Counted from the first letter of the stretch, positions 22,372 to 33,458 are shown. The stretch: DNA of 64,000 nt from an uncultured bacterium (GCA_903904875.1 CAIVEC010000001.1:10147-74146), one strand, 5' to 3'. Numbers and translations are program-made. Notes: a model not told the origin generated them from the sequence alone.

Positions 22372-23916
22372 ATGAAAAAAAACTTTACTAAATTTTTGTT
22401 CATCGCAGTAGCGGTGATCGGCATGTTTTTTGCCAAATCAAGTCAGGGACAAACAGCTTATGTAAGCTTGGATACACTTAGCAATGGAGATACTATCCAT
22501 TATTGTACTTCACAGTATACCCAGGTAGTCCTTTACAAACCAACGGCAGCATTAACAAATCCTCAATGGGATATTCAACAGCCTTCATATCATAATGTTT
22601 TTGCTGATTCTGTTATCTTAAACACCACAAACGCTGGGACAATCTGGTTTTCGTCTGATCAAACATCAACGATAGAATTAAATTTTTTTCTTGTAGGAGT
22701 ACCAAATTCTCCAGGATTAGCTGATATCAATGCCTGTGGAGATATCTACAGTTACCCGCTTGATGCATTGAATCATAATACCGGGTCTTTTTATACCTGG
22801 TCAACGGGAGCAACAACACAAAACATTACTGCTACAAGTCCCGGGACGTACTGGGTACATATTGATGATGGGTGCGGTACGATATCAGATACTGCTATCA
22901 TTACTGCAGATCATACCAATGACGCTAATCTTGGTCCTGATCAAACGATTTGTCTGTATGATACTATCACGTTGACCAGCGGTAATACCAACATCACTAC
23001 CTATGCATGGTCAACCAGTAGTTCTGCTTCGACTATTACTGTTTCGCAAGCAGGGAGCTATAGTATCACAACAACTGACAATTCTGGTTGTGTAAGTACT
23101 GATACAATGAATCTCATTATTATCGTTCCCTATGATCAGCAGCAAATCTGCATGGTAGAATATGACACTCTTGCGTCCGAGAATCGTATCAATTGGGATC
23201 AGCATCTTGGCGAAAGAATTGACAGTATTAATATCGAAAAACAGATATCACTTACTGAATGGGAAAGTATCGGAGTTGTACCCAATACAATAACTAATTT
23301 TTTGGATACCAATAGTACTCCGCAAACCAATAGCGATTCTTACCGGATTCTTGTAATAGATAGTTGTGGCAACAAATCATCAGCTTCTGATGCTCATAAG
23401 ACCATTACGCTTTTGACGAGCTACACTCCAGGAACTGGGGTTATGGGATTTAATTGGTCTCACTATCTAGTCAATGGCATACTCGTTGCACCGACCTATA
23501 CTATCTATGGTATAGATACCAGTGGAAGTACTCATGTGGTTGGCACGGTTCCGGGAAGCCAGAATTATTATAACTGGACCACCCCCGATTTGAGCTATAT
23601 CAAATTCTTTGTCGGATTTACGCTTAGTTGCGGAGCCAAAACAGATTATCTGGTACGCTCAAACTATACAGGCAACCCTGCAGGAATTGACGAATATTCT
23701 TTGACTGACCAAATTCATGTATATCCGACACTGACCAACGGTCCGATAACTATCATGACCGATCTCTTTATCAAGGATATCAAACTTTATAATACTTTGG
23801 GACAAGTACTCTTGGTCACCAAGGAGAAAAAAATTGATATTCCTTACCATGGACTTTACTTTTTACACATCAACACCGATAAAGGTGTGATGGTAACTAA
23901 AATTATGATCCAATAA
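22372..23916 (+). CDS. secreted repeat protein with Bacteroidota-type T9SS C-terminal sorting domain
   Basis: Signal peptide MKKNFTKFLFIAVAVIGMFFAKSSQG. 3 x Y.WSTGATT..ITV..GTY.V...D..GC..DT repeats. Two Fn3-like ...SCGNKS modules. CTD VYPTLTNGPITI...LYNTLGQVL...GLYFLHINTDKGVMVTKIMIQ. 514 codons with no TGA. Confidence 0.85.
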   Translation: MKKNFTKFLFIAVAVIGMFFAKSSQGQTAYVSLDTLSNGDTIHYCTSQYTQVVLYKPTAALTNPQWDIQQPSYHNVFADSVILNTTNAGTIWFSSDQTSTIELNFFLVGVPNSPGLADINACGDIYSYPLDALNHNTGSFYTWSTGATTQNITATSPGTYWVHIDDGCGTISDTAIITADHTNDANLGPDQTICLYDTITLTSGNTNITTYAWSTSSSASTITVSQAGSYSITTTDNSGCVSTDTMNLIIIVPYDQQQICMVEYDTLASENRINWDQHLGERIDSINIEKQISLTEWESIGVVPNTITNFLDTNSTPQTNSDSYRILVIDSCGNKSSASDAHKTITLLTSYTPGTGVMGFNWSHYLVNGILVAPTYTIYGIDTSGSTHVVGTVPGSQNYYNWTTPDLSYIKFFVGFTLSCGAKTDYLVRSNYTGNPAGIDEYSLTDQIHVYPTLTNGPITIMTDLFIKDIKLYNTLGQVLLVTKEKKIDIPYHGLYFLHINTDKGVMVTKIMIQ

Positions 23917-23936
23917 AATTATTTCATGTAATATAA

Positions 23937-23968
23937 ATCCCGAAGTTTTTCTTCGGGATTTTTTTTAT
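23937..23968 (+). terminator. intrinsic terminator (near-copy at 44645-44675)
   Basis: aatcccgaag-ttttt-cttcgggatt followed by a T-run. Confidence 0.75.
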
Positions 23969-23993
23969 TTATATATTTTATTTTTTCTGATTA

Positions 23994-25703
23994 CTAAAAA
24001 CAAACGGTAGTATAAAAACTAATAGATCATCAAGCATATATTAAAAATGAGCCATCAATAGGTATTGCTGTATTGGTTGAATCACAGAAACAATACATAT
24101 CAGGGCGAGGGGGATGATTAGCAGCACGAACATAGAACATTGTTCATTCAGGATAACCAGTAGTTCAACATGGATCTCAAGCTTGTCGTCTTATTGCTTT
24201 AATACCACCTTGTACAGTAAGCATAGCATCTGGGTTAGTTATTCCGATACCGACTCATCATGTTAATACCGTCATTATATTACTATAACCAATAGAACCA
24301 CCTCAGTTTCATATTTCAAATAAAGAATTAGATAATCATACATTATGACTTCATATCGCCAATGAATTATCTCAATTAGCGGTTGTATAAGATCCCATTA
24401 CAGTAGACATAGCTCAACTAGCAAGGGATCTATTTCCCATTGCTGTGGAATAATCTCAGTTAGCTTGTGTCTGATGTCCTATTGCTGTAGAAGCATATCA
24501 ACTAGCTATTGTACTATATCCCATCGCTGCAGAATAGGTTCAGTTAGCAGCATTGACACTATTTCACGCTATAAATGTCCCTACAACCTGCAAGTTTGCT
24601 GTTGGACCAGTCGTTCCGATTCCTACATTGCCATTTACATATAAATCTCCCGCACCTGAACCAGTTAAAATATTATATCATATACCGACATTTCATCACA
24701 TTGATACCGTCATTATATTATTTCTATTAGAACTATTAAGTCAATTTCATATTTCAAATACAGAATCAGATAATCATATATTATATTTTCATATCGCTAG
24801 TGAATAATTTCAATTAGCATGTGTTCCTTGTCCCATGGCAGTTGAATAATCTCAACTAGCTATGGTATTAGCTCCCATAGCAGTAGAAGTATTTCAATTA
24901 GCTGTTGTAGTAGCTCCCATAGCAGTTGAATAATCTCAATTAGCTGTTGTACTAGCTCCCATAGCAGTTGAATAATCTCAATTAGCATAAGTTAAATTTC
25001 CCATCGCTGTAGAAGTATTTCAATTAGCTGTTGTACTATGTCCCATAGCAGTCGATCGACTTCAAATAGCTCGTGTTAAATTTCCCATCGCTGTAGAGAC
25101 CACTCAAATAGCATGTGTTCCATATCCCATTGCAGTTGAAATCGTTCAGGTAGCATAAGTTCAATTTCCCATCGCAGTAGAGTAATTTCCACTAGCAGTT
25201 GTTCATTGTCCCATCGCTATAGAATTGGTTCAAATAGCACTATTACTAGTACTTCATGCTATAAATGTTCCTGAAACTTGTAAGTTTGCTGATGGACTAG
25301 CTATTCCGATACCGACTTTACCAGAATTATAGTAAGCGATTCAAGCTCCTCATGTAGACCATATGGATTCACCACCTGCAGTACCTCCTGTAGGCCATGT
25401 AGTTCTACACTTTGTAAGAGATGTATCATCAGAAAGACATATAGTAGAACCGGTTACTGTACCAGAAAAGTATGCGTCTCCATTTGCTCCATTGAAAAAG
25501 ATTCCTGTATCGGAACCAACATCGCCGTCTATAGTCATAAGAACATCTCTTATAACCATTGCAGCATTTTTTTGTGCAGGCACAACCTCAAATGCCTTTG
25601 CCATAAAGAGTATGCAAGACATTCAGAGGAAAAACAGCGTAGCTCATTTGATGAAGCTCATACCGCCTTTCTTTGACTGTAAGTTTTTGCTTGTGAAGCT
25701 CAT
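23994..25703 (-). CDS. surface fibre protein with YadA-head / Hep_Hag-type 14-residue repeats
   Basis: Whole gene translated codon by codon (569 aa, TAG stop). N-terminal signal-anchor MSFIKGATLFFLGMSCILF. Two blocks of STAMG..T.A.G.. repeats, the A.G Gly mostly TGA. NVGIGTTGPTANLQV spacers. Cys-containing C-terminus. Confidence 0.8.
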
Positions 25704-25847
25704 TTTATTGAATGTAGAATGTAAAATGCAGAATTCAGAATGTATAAATTGAACTACTATAATTGTATTCCATATAGCTAGAAAAACAAAAAATCTAGCT
25801 TTTGAGGGCTAGATTATCTTGCTATTTTATGTTTTTATTATGTAATA

Positions 25848-26651
25848 TTAATTTACCCGTAACTCTCCTGGACTACCTCATTGTCCGACCTTCCAAACTC
25901 CTCCTGTTAATCATTCAATTACTAAATTATCACCAGAAACAATGATTCTTCGTGGAGTTGTTCATCAGGTAAGATAGAATCCTGAGTTGCTTTGTACTGC
26001 ACCACTAACATCTAACGCATATTCTGGTGAAGTTATTCATCCGATACCGACATTTAATCAAACATTGTAAATATTTGTACTATTGGTGATCCAGGAAGCT
26101 CAATCCCAAAATGGCGTTGCTCACAATCATATTCATGCTTGTAAAAATCCTGTAGCTCCTGTATCTCCTGTCGCTCATGTTGCTCCTGTATCTCCTGTCG
26201 CTCATGTTGTTCACATTGCTCATGTCGCTCACGTTACTCATATTGGTCATATCGCTCACGTTACTCATATTGGTCATATAGCTCATGTTGGTCCACTCAG
26301 TGCAAATCCACTAATGAAGTTGTATACTGCACCACTTGTAGATGCTATTAATTTTCCACTTGCATTAGTTCCAAGCACAGCAAAGTTTAGTAAACTGTCC
26401 ATCGTTACATCGCCTTTGAACCATGCGGTTCCGCTAGCACCGTTTAAAAAAACTCCTGTAGCAGAAGTAGAATTTCCGTCTAGAGTAAGAATAAGATTTC
26501 CTACAAGTATCGTCGCATTCTTTTGTGCAGTTTTAATTTCAAACGCTTTTACCATAAAGAGTATGCAGGACATTCAGAGGAAAAACAGCGTAGCTCATTT
26601 GATGAAGCTCATGCCTTTTCTTGATTGTAAGTTTTTGCTTGTAAAGCTCAT
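25848..26651 (-). CDS. collagen-like (G-X-Y) surface fibre protein
   Basis: Same N-terminal cassette as 23994..25703. About 16 uninterrupted GXY triplets (GAIGPIGVTGAIGPIGVTGATGAMGTTGATGDTG...) at about 26100-26285, about 10 of the Gly encoded by TGA. 804 nt. Confidence 0.8.
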
Positions 26652-26783
26652 TTTTTATGGTGATGAAGGTATAAAGTACAAAGATTAACATACTTTAATT
26701 GTATTCTAGATTTTGAAAAAAACAAAAAACCTGACCCTTTCTAGCCAGATTTACTTGCCAATTTATATTTTTGTGATATAATA

Positions 26784-28898
26784 TTAAATAAATATATCTC
26801 TCGGTTTTGCGCCGTCTTGTGGGCCGATGATTCCTTTCTCTTCCAGGATATCCATAATCCTAGCGGCGCGAGCAAATCCTACTCCGAGTTTTCTTTGTAA
26901 TAAGGTTGCTGAAGCTTTTCTCGTCTGCGAGATGACTTGGATCGCTCTTTCTACGAGCTCATCATCATTATCGCCATTATTGCTGAAGAGCTGTTGTCCT
27001 GCTTCAAGTTTGTTTTCAAGCAAACTGACTATTTCCTGGTTGTAGATATCCTCTTCCGTGAGTCCTCCCATGTATTTCGTTTTCAAGGTCATCACGACTT
27101 TTTCTATCTCTTCCGTTGAAATGAATGGCGCCTGGATTCTTGTCGGCGATTTCGTTGAAGGATCCATATAGAGCATATCTCATTTTCCGAGCAAGGTCTC
27201 CGCTCATTTTCTTCCAAGGATTGTTCTGCTGTCGATTTCTGATACTGTTCAGAATGCTATTCTCGTCGGCATATTCGCTTTAATCAATCAGGTTATGACA
27301 TCAACGGATGGTCTTTGTGTCGCGATGATCAAGTGAATTCCCACGGCACGAGCTTTCGCTGAAATGTGCGTGATGCAGTTTTCCACGTCTCTCTTGGATC
27401 TGGAAAGCATCATGGATGCAAGCTCATCTACTACAAATACAATGCGGAACATTTTTTCTCCGCCGGTTTTCTGATTGTATTCATCGATATTTTTCACTCT
27501 CGCTTCTTTGAGTGCGCCGTATCTTCTCTCCATCTCATGTTCTGTCCGCTTCAAAAGCTTCAACGCTTTTTCCGGCTCGAAGACTATCGGTGCGAGCAAG
27601 TACGGAAGTCCTGCGTACAATTCCAATTCCACCTGCTTCGGATCAACCATCAGGAATTTGAGTTCAGAAGGCGTATTTTGGTACATCAATGATAAGATGA
27701 AATCATTTATTCCCACAGACTTTCCGGAACCGGTCGCTCCTGCAACAAGCAGATGCGGCATAGATTCTAGGGTTTTGATGATTATAGATCCGTCAATCGC
27801 TTTTCATAATGAAAGATTATTGTCGGATTTTTTCATATCATTGGCAAAATCATTTGAGCTGAGGATATCGCCGAGACGCACCATAAGCGGCTTCGGATTT
27901 GGCAATTGAATACCTACACAATCCGTTCATGGGATCGGCGCGACGATACGAACGGATTTGGATTTGAGCGAAAGTGAAATATCGTTGGATAATCCTTCTA
28001 TCATTGATAATCTGATTCCTTCATCCGGTTTAATCCTTATTTGTACGATGGAAGGCCCGATATCGAATCACTCAATCATGATCGGAACATTGAATTCCAT
28101 GAGTTTATTCTGTAAGGCTTTCGCTTTTTCCATAAGGAACGTTTCGTCGATTGTCTCCGTTTGATCGGAATTGGTTTCAAGAACGGATACATTGAACGTA
28201 GGTTTCTCTCCAGAAAAATTAATGGTCGGCCTTATCTTTTTCTCTCTGACCTGTTCTTTCTCTTCTATCTTGCGCTGAAGTTTATCTTTTATCAATGATT
28301 TGATGAGTGAACGGGAAACCGGTCTTCAAAACTCTGGTTTCTCTTCTTCCTCTTCATCGTCTTCTTCGTATCTTGAAGATTTCTGTTTGAATGCCTTGGG
28401 TTTATTTTCGGTCTTGAGGCTGATATTCGGGAATGAAAAATTGAACGAATAAAGAATCCGTACAATAGCGAGGATTAATAAAATGATGATGAATGATTTG
28501 GTCGCGATAGCTTTGCCGCCGAACATCACCTGCAACAATGCGATGACGGGCCGAGAGATATATCATCCCAGTTTTTCGTATTTGGTCGCATCTCCATCTA
28601 TGATCGGGAAATTGATGATTGCTGAAATGATGATGATGATCACCATAAACTGTCTGATGAGTAATTTCATCAGATACCCTTTGGCCAGAATTATTATTCC
28701 TACGAGGAAACACAAAGCAAAAAAGACATAGAGTCCGATTTCTCCGAATGCGATGCTTGCATAGGTCCTGAGGAACATGATTACCGGTGATCCTTCCGCG
28801 AAATAGAGCGAAAAGAAAAAGAGTGATCCCAAGACCGTTAGGCTGATTCCGAGCTTGTATTTATTTAAGACTACGTTTTTTTTTCTTCTTCTGGACAT
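26784..28898 (-). CDS. ftsK: DNA translocase FtsK/SpoIIIE
   Basis: N-terminal TMs, PHLLVAGATGSGKSVGIN Walker A, VVDELA, C-terminal gamma domain ATLLQRKLGVGFARAARIMDILEEKGIIGP. Five fragments in one frame. 2115 nt. Confidence 0.9.
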
Positions 28899-28904
28899 GA
28901 ACTA

Positions 28905-29035
28905 TGTAATGAAAAATGAAAAGTGAATAATGAAAAATGAAAGATTTGTTTTATTATGAACTATTGTAGATTATTATAGTCGATAGTAACATATTCCAAC
29001 ATTATTCATTATTCATTATTAATTATTAATTAGTT
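28905..29035. repeat. intergenic hairpin element copy 6 (core reversed)
   Basis: Arms atgaaaaatgaaaagtgaataatgaaaaatgaaag / cattattcattattcattattaatta. Core ttattatgaactattgtagattattatagtcgatagtaacatattcc. Confidence 0.75.
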
Positions 29036-29177
29036 ATTATGGTTTAAGTCTATTTTTTCAATACAAAATCCCTCTCGTGGTTTACTGACCCAATATCTAC
29101 ACTATCTATTGACATTTATACTAAAATATCTATCTTAATAGGGAACTTTATTTAGCTTATGGCAATGATGTATGGTA

Positions 29178-30050
29178 ATGAGGCAACTCAAGATAACAAA
29201 AGGCATTACAAACCGTGTTGATGCATCCCTTGATAAATATCTTCAGGAAATAGGCAGGATAGAGCTTATCACTGCAGAAGAAGAGGTTAATCTTGCGAAA
29301 AGAATTAAGGAGGGAGACGAAAAAGCTTTGGAAAAACTTGTCAAAGCCAATTTGAGGTTTGTCGTATCTGTCGCTAAACAATATCAAAACCAGTGACTTT
29401 CACTTCCTGATCTTATAAATGAAGGGAATCTGGGCCTCATAAGGTCAGCCATCAGATTTGACGAAACCAGAGGATTCAAATTCATCTCCTACGGCGTGTG
29501 GCGAATCAGACAAGCAATCCTGCAGGCAATTGCTGAAAAAAGCAGAACCATAAAACTTCCTCTCAATAAAATATGGGAAATCAATAAATTAAATAAAATA
29601 TCAGAAAGATTGGAACAAGAATATGAAAGACTAGCGACCTCTGATGAGATTGCTGATATTTTGGAAAAATCAGTAGATGACGTAAAAGAGATGGAAGCGC
29701 ATATCCAAAGGACGACTTCTTTAGATAGCCCGTTAAGGCAAGAAAATTCTGATGATGGAAAGGTTATAGACACTATAAGAAGCACAGAATTCAAAGATCC
29801 TGATGATGCACTAATGTTGGAGTGACTCAAAAAAGAGATAGCGAGCAGTCTTTCTAAACTTACTCCAAGAGAAGAGGACATCATAAAAATGTATTACTGA
29901 CTTGGTTATGAAATAAATTACACCCTGGAAGAAATAGCGGTTAAATTTGAACTTACCAGAGAAAGAGTCAGACAGATCAAGGAAAAAGGACTCAGAAGAC
30001 TAAAACATCCTACAAGATCCAGAAATCTCAAACCATATCTCGGACAATAA
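29178..30050 (+). CDS. rpoD: RNA polymerase sigma-70 factor (short, Bacteroidota-like RpoD)
   Basis: [13 protein letters not shown]..., [15 protein letters not shown](G)L, ISYGVW(CGA 29502-29504)IRQAI = WWIRQ. 873 nt. Confidence 0.9.
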
Positions 30051-30120
30051 ATTTTTTATTGAAAGCCAAAGGGTTTTGTATACTATTAAGCCCGTCTTTT
30101 TTGAATTTTGAATATAAAGT

Positions 30121-32688
30121 ATGGATCTCAAAGAGATAAGCAAAAAACGACAGAAAAAACGGAAAGAAACAGATCTCTACAAAGTCAGAGAAGATATTTC
30201 TAAACCAAAATTTTATATTCTGGCTATGTTCCCCTATCCGTCCGGTGCATGATTACATGTAGGACATCCGAAGGGATATATTGCTACCGACACGTTGGCG
30301 AGAAAAAAAATGCTTGAAGGATATAATGTACTTCATCCGATGGGATTCGATACCTTCTGATTATGAACGGAAAATTATGCGATAGAGCATAAGATGAAAC
30401 CACAGGATGTAGCGAAAAAAAATATTGCAACATATATGAAGCAACTTGAAATGTTTGGTACTACCTATGATCGAAGTAGAGCCGTCAATACGGCAGATCC
30501 GAAATATTTCAAGCGGACGCAACGAATATTCTTACAGATGTACAATCATTATTATGATGAAAAGTTGAAAAAAGCGATGCCGATCACTGATCCAAGTAAA
30601 CAAGAACGTTTAGCATATGTAGATTACAAGCCGATAAACCGATGTCCATCATGTATGACCGGATTAGCGAATGAAGATCTCGATGACGGAAAATGCGAAA
30701 GATGCGGAAGTGTCGTTGAACAGAGACCGATGAAGCAACGAGTATTGAGGATTACGAAATATGCCGAAAGATTGTTGGAATGATTGGATGTCTTGAAACG
30801 GGAAGAGTCCATGAAAGATTTGGAAAGGAACTGGATCGGGAAATCAGAATGAACAGATTTCGATATGCAGGTCGATGGAACGGATGAAAAATTCAGCGTG
30901 TATACGACAAGGATAGATACGGTTTTCTGAATGTCATTCGTTGCTATCGCACCAGAGCACCCATTAGTGGATAAGATAACCACGAAAGAATATAAAAAAG
31001 AAGTTGAAAAATACAAAGACGCAGCGAAGCACAAAACCCAGTTGGAAAGGACAGAATTACAGAAAGAGAAGACAGGAGTCTTCTGTGGAGCCTACGCGAT
31101 CAATCCGTTCAATGGCGAAAAAGTGAAAATATTCGTCGCCGATTATGTCTTGGCAAATTACGGAACTGGAGTCGTGATGGCCGTGCCCGCGCATGATGAA
31201 AGGGATTTCGAATTCTATAAAAATTACAATAAGAACTGAATAGATATTATATGTGTAAATCAGAGTGAATATGGTGTTGAACCTAGAAATTGAGTTTCTT
31301 TTAATATTGAATACGAATCATTTAAAAAATATTGTAATCAATTAGATAAGTTACCACCTTTCTTATCTGCCAATTGAGATAATCAAAAATTAGTAAATTC
31401 ATGAAAGTTTGATTGACTAACCTTATCAGAAGCAAGAGAAGAAATGAACAAGCGATTAAAAAAAGAATGAATCTGAGGTAGTAAAGTGAATTATAAGATG
31501 CAGGATCGGGTATTCAGCAGACAGAGATATCGAGGCGAACCATTTCCGATTGTACGGACCGAAGATGGAGAAATTGTCGCACTTGAGGAAAAAGATTTAC
31601 CGGTGGAATTACCTGATGTAGATAATTATCAACCGACGGGAACAGAAGAATGACCGCTCGCAAACATCACCGATTGGGTCAATGTTACGTTGCCCGATGG
31701 TAGGAAAGCAAAACGTGAAACGAATACGATGCCAGGACGGGCAGGCAGTTCGCGATACCGGCTCAGATATATGGATGTGAATAATGAGAAGGCATTAGTA
31801 GGAAAAGATAAGGAAAAATACCGAGGGAATGTCGACGTCTATGTCGGAGGTGCGGAGCACGTTACCAGACATATGATCTACGCGAGATTCTGGCAGAAAT
31901 TTTTGTACGATATCGGTGTGGTTACAAAACAGGAACCGTTCGAAGAATATCATTATGTAGGGCTCATCATGGGAGAAGACGGCAGGAAAATGTCCAAAAG
32001 ACGAAAAAATGTTGTCAGTCCAGATGATATTATTAACGAGTTCTGAACTGATGCCTTGAGGACCTATGAGATGTTCATGGGACCGTTCGATCAGCCGATT
32101 GCATGGAGTACGAACGGACTGAAATGAATCAAAAAATTCTTAGATAAAGTTGTTGCGTTGAAAGACAAAATAGGGAGCAAGGAGCAAGGAGCAGGGAGCA
32201 AAGAACCTGAAACCTGAAACATGGAACCTGCAACCCATATAATAGTAAACCAGACAATAAAAAAAGTTTGAGAAGATATCGATGTATTCAGATTCAATAC
32301 CGGGGTTTCACAGCTCATGATCCTCGTCAATCACCTGACCGAATGTAAAACCATCAATAAGAAAACATTCGAAGATTTGGTTGTCTTGATATCGCCTTTC
32401 GCTCCGCATTTAGCTGAGGAATTACGGGAGTGATTAGGTAATGAATACTCCATATTCACGAAAGCGAAATGGCCGAGTTATGATAAAAAATATCTCGTAG
32501 CTGATACCGTAACCATCGCTGTACAAGTGAACGGCAAGGTGAGAGGAACGATTTCTATCGATAAGAACGCTGAAGAAAGTGAGGTCATGAAGCTCGCGAA
32601 ATCAGATGAAAAAATAAAAACACGGATTACGGGCGAACCGAAAAAAGTGATCTACGTCAAAGGAAAAATTTTAAATGTTGTAATATAG
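30121..32688 (+). CDS. leuS: leucine--tRNA ligase
   Basis: KK(CGA)QKK(CGG)K = [12 protein letters not shown](TGA)LHVGHP, D(CGG)VFSRQRY(CGA)GEP = [20 protein letters not shown]. 2568 nt, TAG stop. Confidence 0.95.
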
Positions 32689-32689
32689 T

Positions 32690-33457
32690 ATGATACGTAA
32701 GTGAAAATGAACCGTTGTCATCACGTGATGATCGAGCGGAATCGGTGCTGGATTCGCCAGAGAGTTTGCAGAGCAAGGATATGCTTTATTGCTCGTCGCC
32801 AAGGATAAGAATCAGATGGCTACGTTTGTGAAATATCTGAAAGTGTTGTTTCCGGTGAATATTTCTACCATGATTTTGGATCTGTCTAAAAAGAACGAAC
32901 TAAAACACCTCGAAGCCGAGATAGCAAAAATCAGCGATTTGGAGGTTCTGATCAATTGCGCCGGATATGGCATCAACAGCGATTTTCTTGTAGAAAATAT
33001 CGAAAAATGGGAAGATATGGTGACTGTTCACGATGTAGTATCCATGAGACTCACCTATCAAGCGCTCAAAATCATGAAAAAAAGAAAACATGGAAGTATC
33101 ATCCATGTCTCTTCATTAGCGTCATTGCTTGCAATCGGAAATAATCCCGTCTACGCAGCCAGTAAGATATTTTTGAATAGTTTCTCACAAAACCTCTATC
33201 GGATATACAAGAAATACGGAATCTATGTGCAGTCGCTTTGTCCAGGCTTCACCGCTACGAATTTTGCTAAGAGATGAGGATATACGTTCAAAGGAAAACA
33301 TATGAAAGTAGAAGAGGTGGTGAATGCAAGTTTATCGTGTATGAGAAGGAAAAAATTGCTTTGCATTCCATGACGAAGGAATCAGTTAATTATTCTGACC
33401 TACCATTTGCTTCCGAAAACACGGTCACATAAAATCTTTAAACGATTGATTCATTAG
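32690..33457 (+). CDS. short-chain dehydrogenase/reductase
   Basis: VVIT(TGA TGA)SSGIG = TGGSSGIG, NCAG, YAASK active site. 768 nt. Confidence 0.8.
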
Positions 33458-33458
33458 T

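Noticed and set aside
22372-23916. Assembly chimera with a Bacteroidota contig as the explanation for the T9SS-CTD and other TGA-free genes
   Set aside because: The TGA-free genes are scattered at six or more places, each within a few hundred bp of clearly recoded genes on both sides. Several share local repeat elements and terminator types with the host. This cannot be fully excluded without read data, so it is listed as a check.
24300-25250. Regular ~42-nt periodic repeats (also at 41230-42230) that could be mistaken for a CRISPR array or satellite
   Set aside because: The repeats are in frame and encode Hep_Hag/YadA-head 14-residue units. There is no repeat/unique-spacer alternation, and no cas genes are in the window.
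23994-26651. Prophage tail-fibre module (collagen-like and Hep_Hag fibres resemble phage fibres)
   Set aside because: No capsid, terminase, portal, tail-tube, baseplate or integrase genes are nearby, and both proteins have cellular-type signal anchors. A phage origin of the domains cannot be excluded.
26083-26688. 201-aa plus-strand ORF (and 25363..25752, 41238..41459, 41856..42230, 41966..42199) with His/Val/Ile/Leu-rich repetitive translation
   Set aside because: These are antisense or off-frame shadows of the collagen-like and Hep_Hag repeat genes. The true frames give coherent repeat proteins with signal anchors and proper stops.
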